A DNA stretch of 64,000 bases from the NCBI GenBank assembly GCA_965287045.1, contig OZ336871.1:53816001-53880000 (forward strand), read 5' to 3'. Shown here in pieces: positions 1-11,799 of the stretch. The position numbers and the translations under genes are program-made. The first letter of the stretch is position 1; each line of letters starts with the position of its first letter. The stretch is from Carcharhinus amblyrhynchos (lineage: Eukaryota). The notes beneath the pieces are model-generated. The model was not told the origin of the DNA, searched no databases, and saw only the letters and a list, made by a program, of their open reading frames with translations.

Positions 1-2298
1 TAACAGATGCATTCAACAGAAAGAAACGGGAATCGAATCAGTAAGCAGGGCGAAAAACTTCTACCGTTCACAGCAAGACCGATTAGAACATAAAGTACAA
101 CAGAAATGGGCACATGACTGTTTAACACGCGTTGGTATGATAATATTAATCCCAGTAAATAATAAAACATATTTGCTTAAACAAATCAGTGGAAATGTCT
201 GGAGTAAAGTATGAATGCATTCATTTGTTTTATCTTAAGCGATTTCCGTTCAGCAATTTTACTTTTTCTACAATTATCTACTAGGAAACCACTTATGCAA
301 TGAAAACAAAGGGATAGCGATGGAAGTTTGTGATTCGAAATGAATCCACCGAGTCCGAATATGAACAATGCATAACATTTCGCAAGGTAAACGTTCTAAA
401 TGTGAAGTTGATGGTTTACGCTCCTGGTGAAAACTGGAACCATTTACACATTTTATATATCAGCAACAGTTTTTGTCACTCAAAGCTATTCAATTAAAAA
501 CTTTTCCAGCAATTCAAAGTAACGTTCCGATGGAAATAGGGTGTGTGTTGGGGGGGGGAACCTTGTTGTCAGGGTTTAAAATCTATTATCTAGGCTGAAT
601 AGAGTGAATTGTTTCCTGTGCAGTATTATGAATGACACGTTGATACCGGTTTCCCTTTTAAAAAAGAAGTCTTTCAATGATTCAAACGCTAATTTCCCTT
701 CAAAGAATACAGGTGAAAAATGTTCACATTTGCAGAAACCATGCATAAAAAACACATGAACATAAAGACAGAAAAGCGCCGACACGCTCAGATATACCCT
801 TCCATGTCGCTTTAGAATTAAAGAGGTTTTGATTGGATTTTGTTGAAATACGGAGCGGTTTATTTGGGAAGATAACTTGATGTTAATTTATATAATTTAT
901 AATCAGATTCACGAATTCTGATTTTATTTGGCGTTATTCTATGTAAATTGGTGCACAGCGTTATTGAAATCCGCTGACTGAATTGTCCATTGGGTTTATT
1001 CCACCCCCCCCCCCCCCAAGCTAACACCCCCAAAGTACTGCGATTCAGTCACTTAGGCCACGGTGAAGGTGACGCAGCGGGGGTCAGGTCACAAACCAAA
1101 AGAATGCCCATGTTATGTGCCACATCGAAAATAAAGTCTCGGCGTAAAATATACAATTACAACAAATTTCTCACATTAGTCTCCTGTGTAGAGCTGCACT
1201 GATTGGAACGCTTTCATTCAATAGTTTGATACCTCAGAACAAAGAAGGATTTGTGGTATCAATGCTCAATCTAAAATCGCTCAATAACATAACGGAATGA
1301 CTAATGTCTTACAACAAAATGCAGCGTAACGTCTTCAAATATGAAGTGTGCACATGCTATTTCTGTTTAATATATAGTTTCAATGATCCAGAATAAAGTA
1401 AACGTTAACCTTTCACTATTACATTTCCTTCTTCTAAACAAAGGACCTACTGTAACCAGGCCTATCTTTTTTTGGCAATTCAGTGCTATGGAAACAAGGC
1501 TGTTCTTTAGCGAAATATTTGTTAACGCACATTATTATTTCTCTTGCGGAGCTCAGTTGTTACACTGCGAAAGTTTGCATGCAAAGTAACGGGTTAGGGC
1601 GCTAACCCGAAAATGCCCTTGAATATGAATGATTATAAAATTTAACAAGCTGCCCAAAATGAAAAGCGGTTGCCGTGCGTTTTTTCTGAAATCGCAAAAG
1701 AAGAAATTGCTAATCTAAAAAAAATCGATGAATGTGCAATTAACTTTGAGATGTCTAGACGGTTCTATTTTCCGAACAGTTAAATTGAAGCTCACAGCGG
1801 CAGGTCGGGGCTAATGTTTGTTCTTTGGTTCCTCTTACTGTTTCTTATTCATTCTTCACAGTTGCAAAGTGTTGGCAATCTCACGTGTAAAATCATCACT
1901 GTTTCTCCGGTTTTTTGGGGGGATTTGAGAAACCCCTGACCTACTTAACGAACTGTTTAATACTTGCATACATTTTAGATGTTTCTATTTTGGCAATTGT
2001 TGCCTATGAGACGCTTTTTGGAACATGTAATGTTATGTTCCGAGCAGAAGTAAATGGAGATTGCTGAAGGCGTCTCTTTTTAAATATATAACCTCTTACA
2101 GATAGGCTACCATTGGCTATATAGGGTTATTGTGGAAGTAAAGGTAACGACTGCCCGCAGAAACAGAACCCTCTTATTAGTTGCATTTATTAACTTCTGA
2201 TTATCAAAATAATTTAGTTATTCAATGCCAGATTAAACCCTTTACAGCAAGGAAAACCAGAATGAATCACTTGTGTGCTGTTGCGCAAGAGCTGATTC

Positions 2299-2316
2299 TA
2301 GACCCAGGGGGCGCTA
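2299..2316 (+). promoter_or_regulatory. Candidate CTCF site (3' of HoxA11)
   Basis: TAGACCCAGGGGGCGCTA resembles the CTCF core CCACCAGGGGGCGC; motif match only. Confidence 0.5.
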
Positions 2317-4372
2317 TGAGCTGAATTTGCCTCAGCTTCTAGCTCAGATGCATTAAATATTGAGGTTATACTGATTCTAGATGGGATTACAGCATGCATC
2401 GAACACTAGCTAACATTTTATTAAAATAACAAGCACCGTAAGAATTGGAAGATGTCGGTTTTGTCATATCGTCTAAAACAAAGAGATTATTTGAGAGGGA
2501 GAAAATATATTGCAAATCTACAATCTGATCATTATTCGGGTTTAGAAACTAAGTTGCGATTTAACTAAAGCAAAAAATCGGATTAAAACCAGGCAGCATT
2601 TCATGCGTAGCTTTTTTTTAAACCAAATCTTTCACTAGATAAACACAGTCACGTAAATTTACACATGTATACACGGAAGCACAGTGAACAAAAATACATT
2701 ATATACACATTTTACTTCCAATGCATATACTACATAAAAATGAACACAATAATAGTTGTTGCATATAATTTGTTCGGGTAACTTTAGCTAGGCAGTTCAT
2801 TAGAGGGAAACGTTGCCGAAAGAGATGTTCTACAGGACAATTTTGATTTGTTTTCCTGCACATGCAATTTAAGACCAACAGGTATAATGTTCACAACAAA
2901 TTTACTTCAAAACGGCTCTAAGATCGCGTTTAAGTTTAGTTAATAAATCCAGAGCTAAAATGATTTTCTGTCAAATGTTCTGCATCCCATTGCATTATCT
3001 GAGGCTATTTATTTCGAGTTAAATGCCTTCGTTATTTAGTCTCCATATTTAAAGAAAAGTAAACGTTTGAATGAAAAGTATGCAGGAAAATACTCTGTAA
3101 ATATACATTCCATTCATTCCTGATTTAACCGTTTAATTTCGTCTGGTACATGCATTAGAAACAAGCTGGCGTTCCATCGATTTTTAAAAAACAATATCTC
3201 TAAAATTGTTCTTTGCAACAAGTGCAATGATTCTTTAAATTTTAAAGTTAACTTTGAATTGATGCGAAACAAGCATTGCCCGATCTGGCATAGAAGCGGC
3301 AAATCTCAAATTAATGCATCAAGCAATCTCAGCGGTTCAATTGGAGTTTTAAGTTTCAATCGATATTTAAGAAACAGATAAAGATAAAGCCAGAATGGAT
3401 TATTCCTTCAAATAAAGGGTTGTTTTTTTTCCATAAACGGAAGATACCCAAGAAAATTCAGCAGACAACTTACAGAAGCGCGCTGTACACTGAACCCCAC
3501 GCCCAAGATCAACGGGTAAGTATATTTGAACTTTATCTGAGATTTTAAATAACACATATGATCATTTAGGGATTCGCATCATGAAGATGTAAAGTGCCCG
3601 GGTTGTTGGAAACCAGTTTAATTTAACATTGCACATCAAGTTCTAAGAACAGGCATGCCGGTTTTTTTCATGATGGCGTTTTGTTGATACTTCGTAAAAG
3701 TGAAAGTGTGCTACAGAAAATGTAGGATTAAACGGAAATTTAAAGTAAAAGCTTAACTCCTGAACCAAATCTTTCTTTCATGACCAGCAAATCTTTCAAT
3801 ATGCATTTCATATTGTTACTGCTATAAAATGGCTTACCAAAGTGTATTACTTAAACGGTAAGCTTTATCGTATCGACTATCCTACATTGGAAAATTCCAT
3901 TCCCGTCTGCTGTGAAATGAAACCGGGCAGCCCCCCTTTCCCAGAGGGTTTCCCGACGAAATGAAAGAAATTTCAAACGGACCTTTCAGCTCTCTAATCT
4001 TTAATTGCTACATTAGCTGAGACATAACACCTGTGATATTTATTTCGTTGACACTAGTGTCCTAATATTTATCCAGCGGGTTGAAAAATCTTTAAACTAT
4101 TATGTGGATTTGGGTCGAATAAAACCTCCATGTTGTGTCTACATGGAGTCCACTCACCTACCTTTGTTAACAAAAACGATTATTTGGGAGCTCTTTTGGG
4201 ATATTCCGGGCCTATTGGATTTAATTTACCTTGCGAAGTTCTTCAGCATTCGATTCGGATTTAAGAAACGAACATATTTCTTTTGGAACTCCTGCTTTGG
4301 AAAAACGATGGACCAAGTATTTCTGCTTATGGATTTTTTGCTGCCCTACAGCGGCTTTGACATTGATCTAAA

Positions 4373-4390
4373 TGGCGCCACCATGTGGAC
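4373..4390 (-). promoter_or_regulatory. Candidate CTCF site
   Basis: Reverse complement GTCCACATGGTGGCGCCA resembles CCACYAGGTGGCGC; motif match only. Confidence 0.4.
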
Positions 4391-7300
4391 TGAACGTCCT
4401 TTGAATTAATTCATTGTCACAGTTCTCTAGTGTGGCAGCTACAGAAACCAAGAACGGACGCAAAATGTTACCTAGAACGTCAGAACAGCTAAAATCGAAT
4501 TCTTTGATTATGTCCACCGCATTTGGAATTCTAAATATACTGCGGTTTTCTTACAAATACGCAAAGAGCCACATTAAACGGGCTTTATAGCTTGTCCTGC
4601 TGTTAGTAACCACAGCAACAGAGACGATCCCTTGTCATTTGCTTTGAATGCCACAGCCCCTTAATCCGGCACAACGCTGATCTCAACTCCCTCTTCCATC
4701 AAGCTAAAAGCTACGCTCAAATCTTTAATCACAGCCAGTATCATCCATTATTAAAACAACCTTGCATGCAACATTAAACTTCCATGATGCCAGATCATAA
4801 TTCGCTCGAACTCTTGATCAGACTCTTACAAATTGTATCGGGTTCCGGCTACCTCCGGCGGGAGTCTAACCAGTGTGTAGAAGCATCAGGCCTGATTATC
4901 CCTTCACCACCACCGCCCCCCCACCCCCAAGGTTAGAGGTGACGTCCATGGCGCAACAGAAGTTCAAAGCCAGGAAACAAGCAGGAAAAGAGAATGCAAA
5001 CTGGCATTAAAAAATATTGTAGTACAAACGAAAGCGATTATAGTCGATGCTAAACTAGGGCCCCTACAAACCCAATCAAACACAATGGAATGTTTGCCAA
5101 TAAGGGAAATTAAATTCGCGGTATTATCCAAATTTCAGAATCAACATTTGCCTTTGCAAAATAAATTAGATTTAAATTAATCCGAATTCTGGCAATTCAA
5201 CCTTTTTTTTCGTCAAGTTGTGTTCAATTCTGCCATTAAGAAGCGAACTGGTGTAACATTGCCCAAAATCTAATTTGAGTTTCCAAGTTTCCAGGAAGTG
5301 AACTAAAGAAAAGCATACCCATGTATATAGAATGATGTGGAATGTTATCCAGCTTTAATGATTGTTTATTACGTACATGAAATGCACATTAATACAGCTC
5401 TTTGCATGTGTTTTAGTTTTCGCCTTGAATACCCAGCAAAGTTGAAGAAGCCTACATTGATCGTCCTCCAGAACAAGCAGAATTTCCACCTTGCATCCCA
5501 CTGTGCGCTCTCTGAACAGTATACATGCAAATCTTACACTCTTTTAATCAAACTGATAAATATAAATTATATACAAATGTTAAGCAAATGTCGGCATCAC
5601 ATTTAATTAAACAGCATTTGATTAAGACCTCCCCTTCAAGGAATTTGCATTTCTTTTCAAAATTTCAATGTTTAATGTAAAAAGCACCACGGTTTGCGGT
5701 GCATATTCAAATCTTCTTAATACATCTCAGTGTTTTTCAGATTAATCTAAAATAATCCCCCTATCCCCCCGCCCCCCCGCCCCCACCCAAAAAAAGGCAT
5801 AGGCAAACACTCAGCCACTGTCGTCTGTCGTTTTGTGTGAAAAGTACAAGGAAATCATCTATTTTAATGAGGGTAATGGCCACAAAGAAACATTTAAATT
5901 AAATTGGTATAATAACGAGAACAATTTTTAAAGGCTGGTATATGTTATCAGGTAACGGGTAGGCGATAGTTGTACAATGCGGCCTATAGCTATGTCGGCC
6001 TATAAAAAGATTATACGGTGAAGTACAGGAAATGTTACCATTGTGCAATAAAACACGTATGTGTTCAAGGAAAATAAGTTTCTGTCTTTGGTTCACACGG
6101 ATAAAGATGGCTTCATTATTGTAAGTACTGCAAACTTGTCATCTCTTGAAGGAATCCGTGAAAATAATAGACGCATGAGCAGCAGTTTTTAAAACCCTAA
6201 TCCTATTTAAAACTGTAAATACACATTCATATTGTACCAAAAGAGCCTAATATTTACAATACTTTGTGCTCAAGTATGCCATCATGGATAGTATCTCTCC
6301 TCTTTCAAAAGTTAAAAGTAAAAACTGCATTTCCAAATGACGACGCACAATATGTCAAGTACAAGTAAACACTCACGGATTGCTTCAGCAAGCATAAAGT
6401 AACCTGTTTTCAAAAATCGTATTATTCCAAGCTATGTTTTCAACGGTAAAGTGTTTATACAGAGAGTACCACGGCAAAAAAAGGTACAAACTTTACATTC
6501 TAAACAGAATTCAATCACACTTGCTTATTTTGGTGGCGATTATGAATTTAACACAAAAACGCCTTTGAGCCCATCAGCAGCCATTTTATGAGAATGAAAT
6601 CCAGCTTGGATATTTACATGCATGCTCTCCATTTGGGATAGTGGAGGGTGGGGTGGGAACTACTCATCTTTATTTATGGGGGGGGGGCAAAACAGGGATT
6701 TATTGTGGAGATGTAGGTTTTAATCTGCCTTTTATATAGACAAGTTTCAGTGCCCTAAGCGGTGATGAGCAGGCATTGTTTAGAGAATTGTCGCGCAAAA
6801 TCCCCCCCCCCCCCCGCCTCCCCCACCTCACCCCCCGACGGAAGGTTCAGTTACAAAAGAACCAGACTGGTTCCTACCCATTGTAACTGAAGATAAAAAA
6901 TATATATACCCAATACTTGTGATTGATAGTGAGCGCCACTGAAAGCTTCCTAATCTAAAGCATGCGCACATTTTATTACTTTGTTTTTATATTGCAGCTG
7001 GTCCACAACAGTCAATTCGTTTTCCTAGGGCTCGCATACACAGGTCCGTGTTCATATAGAAGCTGCATTCTTCTTAGAATTAAGACAAATCTGTTTCGCT
7101 GAACTAAATCCAAACATTCACCTTGGTATCCCAACAATAATCTCTTGAGACACCCTCTGTACAAAGCATGTAGATCACACAAGTGAGAATATGATAGTAA
7201 GTGTGTGTGTATGTTTGTGAGTGTGAAATAAACGATGAACATTAATTCCAGTTAGTTTCTTTTTAAGTTGAAACTAAACGTCCCATTTAGTTTTGCAAAG

Positions 7301-7448
7301 TTGTCCGGCCTGTTAAAACTGTACCAAAGTGTCTGCTCCCAAACTCGAACTTGAGTTTTATTTTACCTCTGCATTCTGCCCTGGTCGCTTTCCTCGTAGA
7401 AGGCGAAATTAGGAAGGAGAAATGCCTCTTTGGAATCTCAGTCTAATC

Positions 7449-7681
7449 TCAAAGCAATGGATTCGTGGTGTAATATTGAAGGCGGTCCCTGTTTAACTTC
7501 TTTTCCTTCATCCTCCTGTTCTGAAACCAAATTTTCACTTGCCGGTCGGTTAAGTTGAGCATCCGGGAAAGTTGCAGCCGCTTCTCTTTGTTGATATAAA
7601 CACTGAAAAAAAATTCCCTCTCCAGCTCCCTGATCTGGTACTTGGTGTAGGGGCACCTTTTTTTGCGTGTACGCTGGCCAC
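7449..7681 (-). CDS. HOXA11: HoxA11 exon 2 (homeodomain)
   Basis: Minus strand after acceptor ttacag| reads (S)[76 protein letters not shown]-stop (TGA 7451-7449). This is a PG11 homeodomain; the phase-1 junction matches exon 1. Confidence 0.97.
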
Positions 7682-8699
7682 CTGTAACAGGTAAACAGTA
7701 CGTTAAACTTTGATCATTGGAAATGTAGAGGAGACATCATCTTTCCATGCTTTGCTGTGCACATATTCACAGGGCTTGGGGGTTTGAAGCGGGGCGGGGG
7801 GGGGGGGGGTCTCCATAGCTCCTGATTTTCAGACAATACTTTTTTTTTCACCCAGCAGTGTCCAAAGTACCGAATCGTTCTCTAAAGCATACCACCCCTT
7901 TTCTTTCATATTTTGACTGGTCCTTGGGACAAAAGATGGCTGCCTCGATCTGTATTAGTTCTAATGGTTGTGGAATTGTTAAGTTGAAGCTAGCTCCATT
8001 CCAATGATATACTTCAAAGTTACAAATGAACTTCCCGCATCCAGGGATTAGCTACAATTTTTATTTTGAAAAGGGAAACGCTTTTCTTTAAGGAGGGGCG
8101 TCCCACTATCTGTGCGTTAAAAACAGCAAATGGATGAAAAGCAGGAAGTTTTTTTAAAAGTTTTATTTTATCTGCTGAGTTCAAACTAAAAGGGACTGGG
8201 GAATGGGAAACTTGAGCTGTCTTTTTTTTCAAAAGACGTTTGGTAGCAACAATCCGTTCCTTAGGGGAGGGGGCTTAATTCTTTAGTCATTCTGCGCTGT
8301 AAAACTCAACATGGAGCTGCCTTCAGAGGCAATATTGCAGCGTTAGAACTGCGTCGATCAAACGTCGAGCTATAAAATGCGATTATTAAATAAAATACGG
8401 TCACCCGGCCCTGAAATAAGTTTTTATGATGGAAAGCTCTATGCTAGAGGTATTGCAGTATTTATATAGCTGTTAAAAATGTCATTTTGCCACATTATGT
8501 TTTAAAGCGGTTACTCATGGAACTGAATACAACCTATAAATAGAGTTTTTGTGTCAACACGTGTGTTTTATAGAATTGTTGAGCTGTATTAATACACGCA
8601 AAGATCGCAAGCCGCCAACTGCCAATTTTGCTAACTTTGCACCCACTCATATAAATGATCGGATTTTTAACCCCAATCTCACTTTTTGAGGTGCCGGTG

Positions 8700-8870
8700 G
8701 AAGTATTTTAATGCAGCGATTGGCTGGAGTTATTTCACGGCCAATTTCAGAGCTGAACACGTGATCCTGTCATTTATATAAAAAAAGTTTTGTTGGGAAA
8801 TCTACAGGCCATCCATAAACCCTCTTATATGCTTATAAAACAGCACATAAAATTTTTAACAGCAGCGCGC
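8700..8870 (+). promoter_or_regulatory. HoxA11 intronic regulatory module (CCAAT, E-box, TATA, dense TTTAT/ATAAA Hox13/Cdx-type sites)
   Basis: ATTGG 8719, CCAAT 8741-8745, CACGTG 8758-8763, TATATAAAA 8775-8783, followed by CCATAAA, CTTATAAAA and CATAAAA next to the exon 1 donor. Confidence 0.5.
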
Positions 8871-8916
8871 GAGATCGCAAAACTTTCTCTCACAACTGGG
8901 CACTGACTCTACCTAC

Positions 8917-9526
8917 TGGAGTTGCTGCCTTTCTCCTCATTGTTGCCGGAAGAAGACTCCGGGCTGCTGCTCCCGGGGCTCGTCTCTTTCTCCACGGACA
9001 CCCTGGAAGTCTCCGAACTTGAAGTTGCCGCAGACGGCACTTTATTTGGACTCTTCTCTCCGCAATACTCCGACTGCTGATTCTCGCTGGAACCGTAGGC
9101 TGTCTCGAAGAACTGGTCAAATCCTTGCGGCAGGACCCCGTTCCTCCCCACCGGGTTGTAGAAGCTGGAGGACGCGTTGGAGCTGGGATGGTAAACGCTG
9201 GCGCTATTTTTCATTAACATCTCGCCCATGGTGCTGGCAGGCAGGCACTCTCTGTGCATCAGCTCCTCTGCGGAATAGCAGTGGGGCAGATTACCCCTGT
9301 GATGCCACTTATTGGAGGGATCGATGGCATAGTCTCTGAAGGTAACTTCTCGCACAGGTTGAACCTGGGGGATATTGGACGAGTAAGAGTATGTCATGGG
9401 GCGAGAAGCCGGCGTTTGAGGTAAAAAAGAAGGCAGGCTGGAGAAATCCGGACCGGAGACATAATAGGTACAGCTAGGCAAATAAAGATTAGAGCCACAA
9501 GAAACCCGCTCATCAAAATCCATCAT
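8917..9526 (-). CDS. HOXA11: HoxA11 exon 1
   Basis: ORF 8909-9571 contains [39 protein letters not shown]...[15 protein letters not shown]...[19 protein letters not shown], the typical HoxA11 N-terminus. Donor A|GTAGGT at 8917/8916. Spliced CDS is 843 nt (280 aa). Confidence 0.96.
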
Positions 9527-9579
9527 CGCTTGCTTGGGGTCCCCTAGCGCAAGAATAGCTTGCATTCGCACAGCTAAAC

Positions 9580-9760
9580 ATGGTCCTTAGATGCTGCTGC
9601 CTCTTTGAAGCTGATCCGCGGAGTAAAAATTTGGAAACGTAAGCTGACGTGGAAATGTATCTCCATACATCGCAGGGACAAGCTAGTCATGTGACCAGAT
9701 GCCTGGAGAAATTGACATGCATCACTTTGGATTCCCCCCCTCGCACCAGCAGCGCAAAGC
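9580..9760 (-). promoter_or_regulatory. HoxA11 proximal promoter / 5' leader region
   Basis: Immediately upstream of the ATG; TGACGTGG at 9645-9652 and near-palindromic E-box GTCATGTGAC at 9686-9695; CpG-rich. Confidence 0.55.
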
Positions 9761-11780
9761 TCTTTACATCTAAGCTCTGCACATTTCTAAAGAGGGGAAT
9801 GAAAGCTCGAATAATACTGTGAAGGTGTTCAGTCTTCACACCAGAGACGCATTTGGCACATTCACTTCGCGTCGCTCCAACAAGCTGATTAGAAGCGAGG
9901 GTGGACGTGGAAATAACACGTAACGATTTCCGCAGTGGAAATGTAATAAAAAACTGCCTATTTTCCAGAAAGCGCGGTTTTTGACCTATCTCACGTATAT
10001 TGGTTCTGCCAGAATATTGTTCGGCATTTTTTTTATTGGCAAATAATCCCCTTTGCTTTCTCCTCCTTGCCATTTTAATGAAAGCAAACCTAGTTCGCCT
10101 GCACAGAATGTGTGAAATCACTAATGAATAATGACTAAAGCTGTATATGAGATTTTATTGAAGTATAAAACGGTGAGACTGCAATCTTTAAATGGTTAAA
10201 TCATGCTTTATGCAAAATAATCTCCCTCTCTTTGAAGAAGATGAGAGCATACAATAATCTACAGACCACACAGAGACGTGGAGAAGCAAAGTTAGACCGT
10301 TCCACAAGTTCGAAATGGACCTACGCTTGTGTGCGTTTTTGACAGTTTCCAAATCCATGTTAGATCAGTTCTCCTCTAAAAAAAATTGAATGCACACAAA
10401 TCTGCCAAATGCATGAGGTGACTAGGGTGCCCCCCCCTCCCCCCCCCCCCCCCCCATCTTAAGATTGCTATGCTGCTTCTTATTTCTCACAAGCGGGCAT
10501 GGTCACGTTCAACTCCACCACATGCAAAAACCCTTCGACCTCTCACCAAAATTATTTAAGCAGTTAACCGCTTATGCGGCTACCGAGAACTATCAGCGTC
10601 AAAAAAGATCTCAATGCGCGATGCCAAATTCGCACTTCAGACAGAACTTGTGTGAGTGCGTTCTTCCAAAACGAACTCTTGCTCCCATTGAAAATAAGTT
10701 TAGGATGGAGCAGCCAGACGTGAGCAAAAGCGGATAAAGGGAATGTTGCTTTATTTGACATTGGCCATGGGTGCATTTTTTCATATTTTTATGAAGTGTC
10801 ACCAAGGACAACTGAATAAGCACCAGGTTCAGATTTAATGCACAATTGAGATATTTTGAATAGTTTTAGCTGAGTGAGGATTGCATTCATTGAAAAGTCG
10901 CTAATAAATTGCATTTTATTTCAGTACTCTCCGTGTAGCAATCTTTTTGATTTAAATACACGCAACAAGTCTGAAAACTATGCGAGGAATCCTGATGTGC
11001 TGAAAAGAATGGGACTGTAGAAAAGAGCTGGAGTTAAACTTTGCCTTAGAATTTGTCACAAATTAGCTTTTTAATGTTCCAAAAACAACTGCGCAGTGCC
11101 AAAACAAACAGGTTTCCTGGGAAAAAGGACCTTTGCCATAAACATTTGCCAGAAAGACCTTCTATTTAAATTAAATTCCATGCAGTGAAAAAAATCTCTC
11201 CACTAGGAAACATTTTTGCAAGGAGTTGACAATTTAATCTTGCTTTTCTCATTCTTCCGATGATCAATAGAAACCAATGAGATGCAAAGGCTTCAACATC
11301 CCTGCGTCAACCAGCTTCCTAATTTTTCTGACCTGCTGTAGCTGCATTCAAACGCTATACAAATAAGGCCAGCGGACAATACAACATTTGTAGACCCTGA
11401 AGCCACTGAGAATATTAACATATTTATATATTCGCACATCATTTTATAATAAGGCTGTGTAATATCAATTATAGAGACTATACATGCAGCCCAACCATTG
11501 TTGTCTGTAGAATTTGCATTGCAGCACTTCCAGAGAGTTATTTAAAATCGCGATAGAAAATATATTTACACGTACTATGCAGATGGATACAGGAAAGCCA
11601 TAATATGCAAACCTCTGCAAATTTGAATGTTTAAGAATAAGATATTACCAGAATAGTGCATTATGGTTTTGAAACAGAATAGGTTTATTTAGCAAATGCC
11701 ATGTTCAAAATTACTTAAGAACGATGCAGGATTTGTTCAAAGGTTTGGGATTTTTGGGTAGAAAGAACATCCGAAAGATA

Positions 11781-11799
11781 GTGGCACCATCTGTCGCTA
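11781..11799 (-). promoter_or_regulatory. Candidate CTCF site (A11|A13 interval)
   Basis: Reverse complement TAGCGACAGATGGTGCCAC; partial match to the CTCF core. Confidence 0.35.

Noticed and set aside
1-6000. HoxA10 or miR-196
   Set aside because: No PG10 exon or miR-196 mature sequence was seen; they are expected to the left of the window.
7438-7656. 72-aa ORF over HoxA11 exon 2, and overlapping ORFs at 8890-9120, 9019-9339 and 22441-22800
   Set aside because: Alternative-frame or antisense shadows of GC-rich Hox exons.
9527-9571. N-terminal extension [15 protein letters not shown] in the ORF track for HoxA11
   Set aside because: The ORF caller opens at a non-ATG codon. An in-frame ATG lies at 9565, but the conserved protein starts at MMDFDER, so the extension is unsupported.
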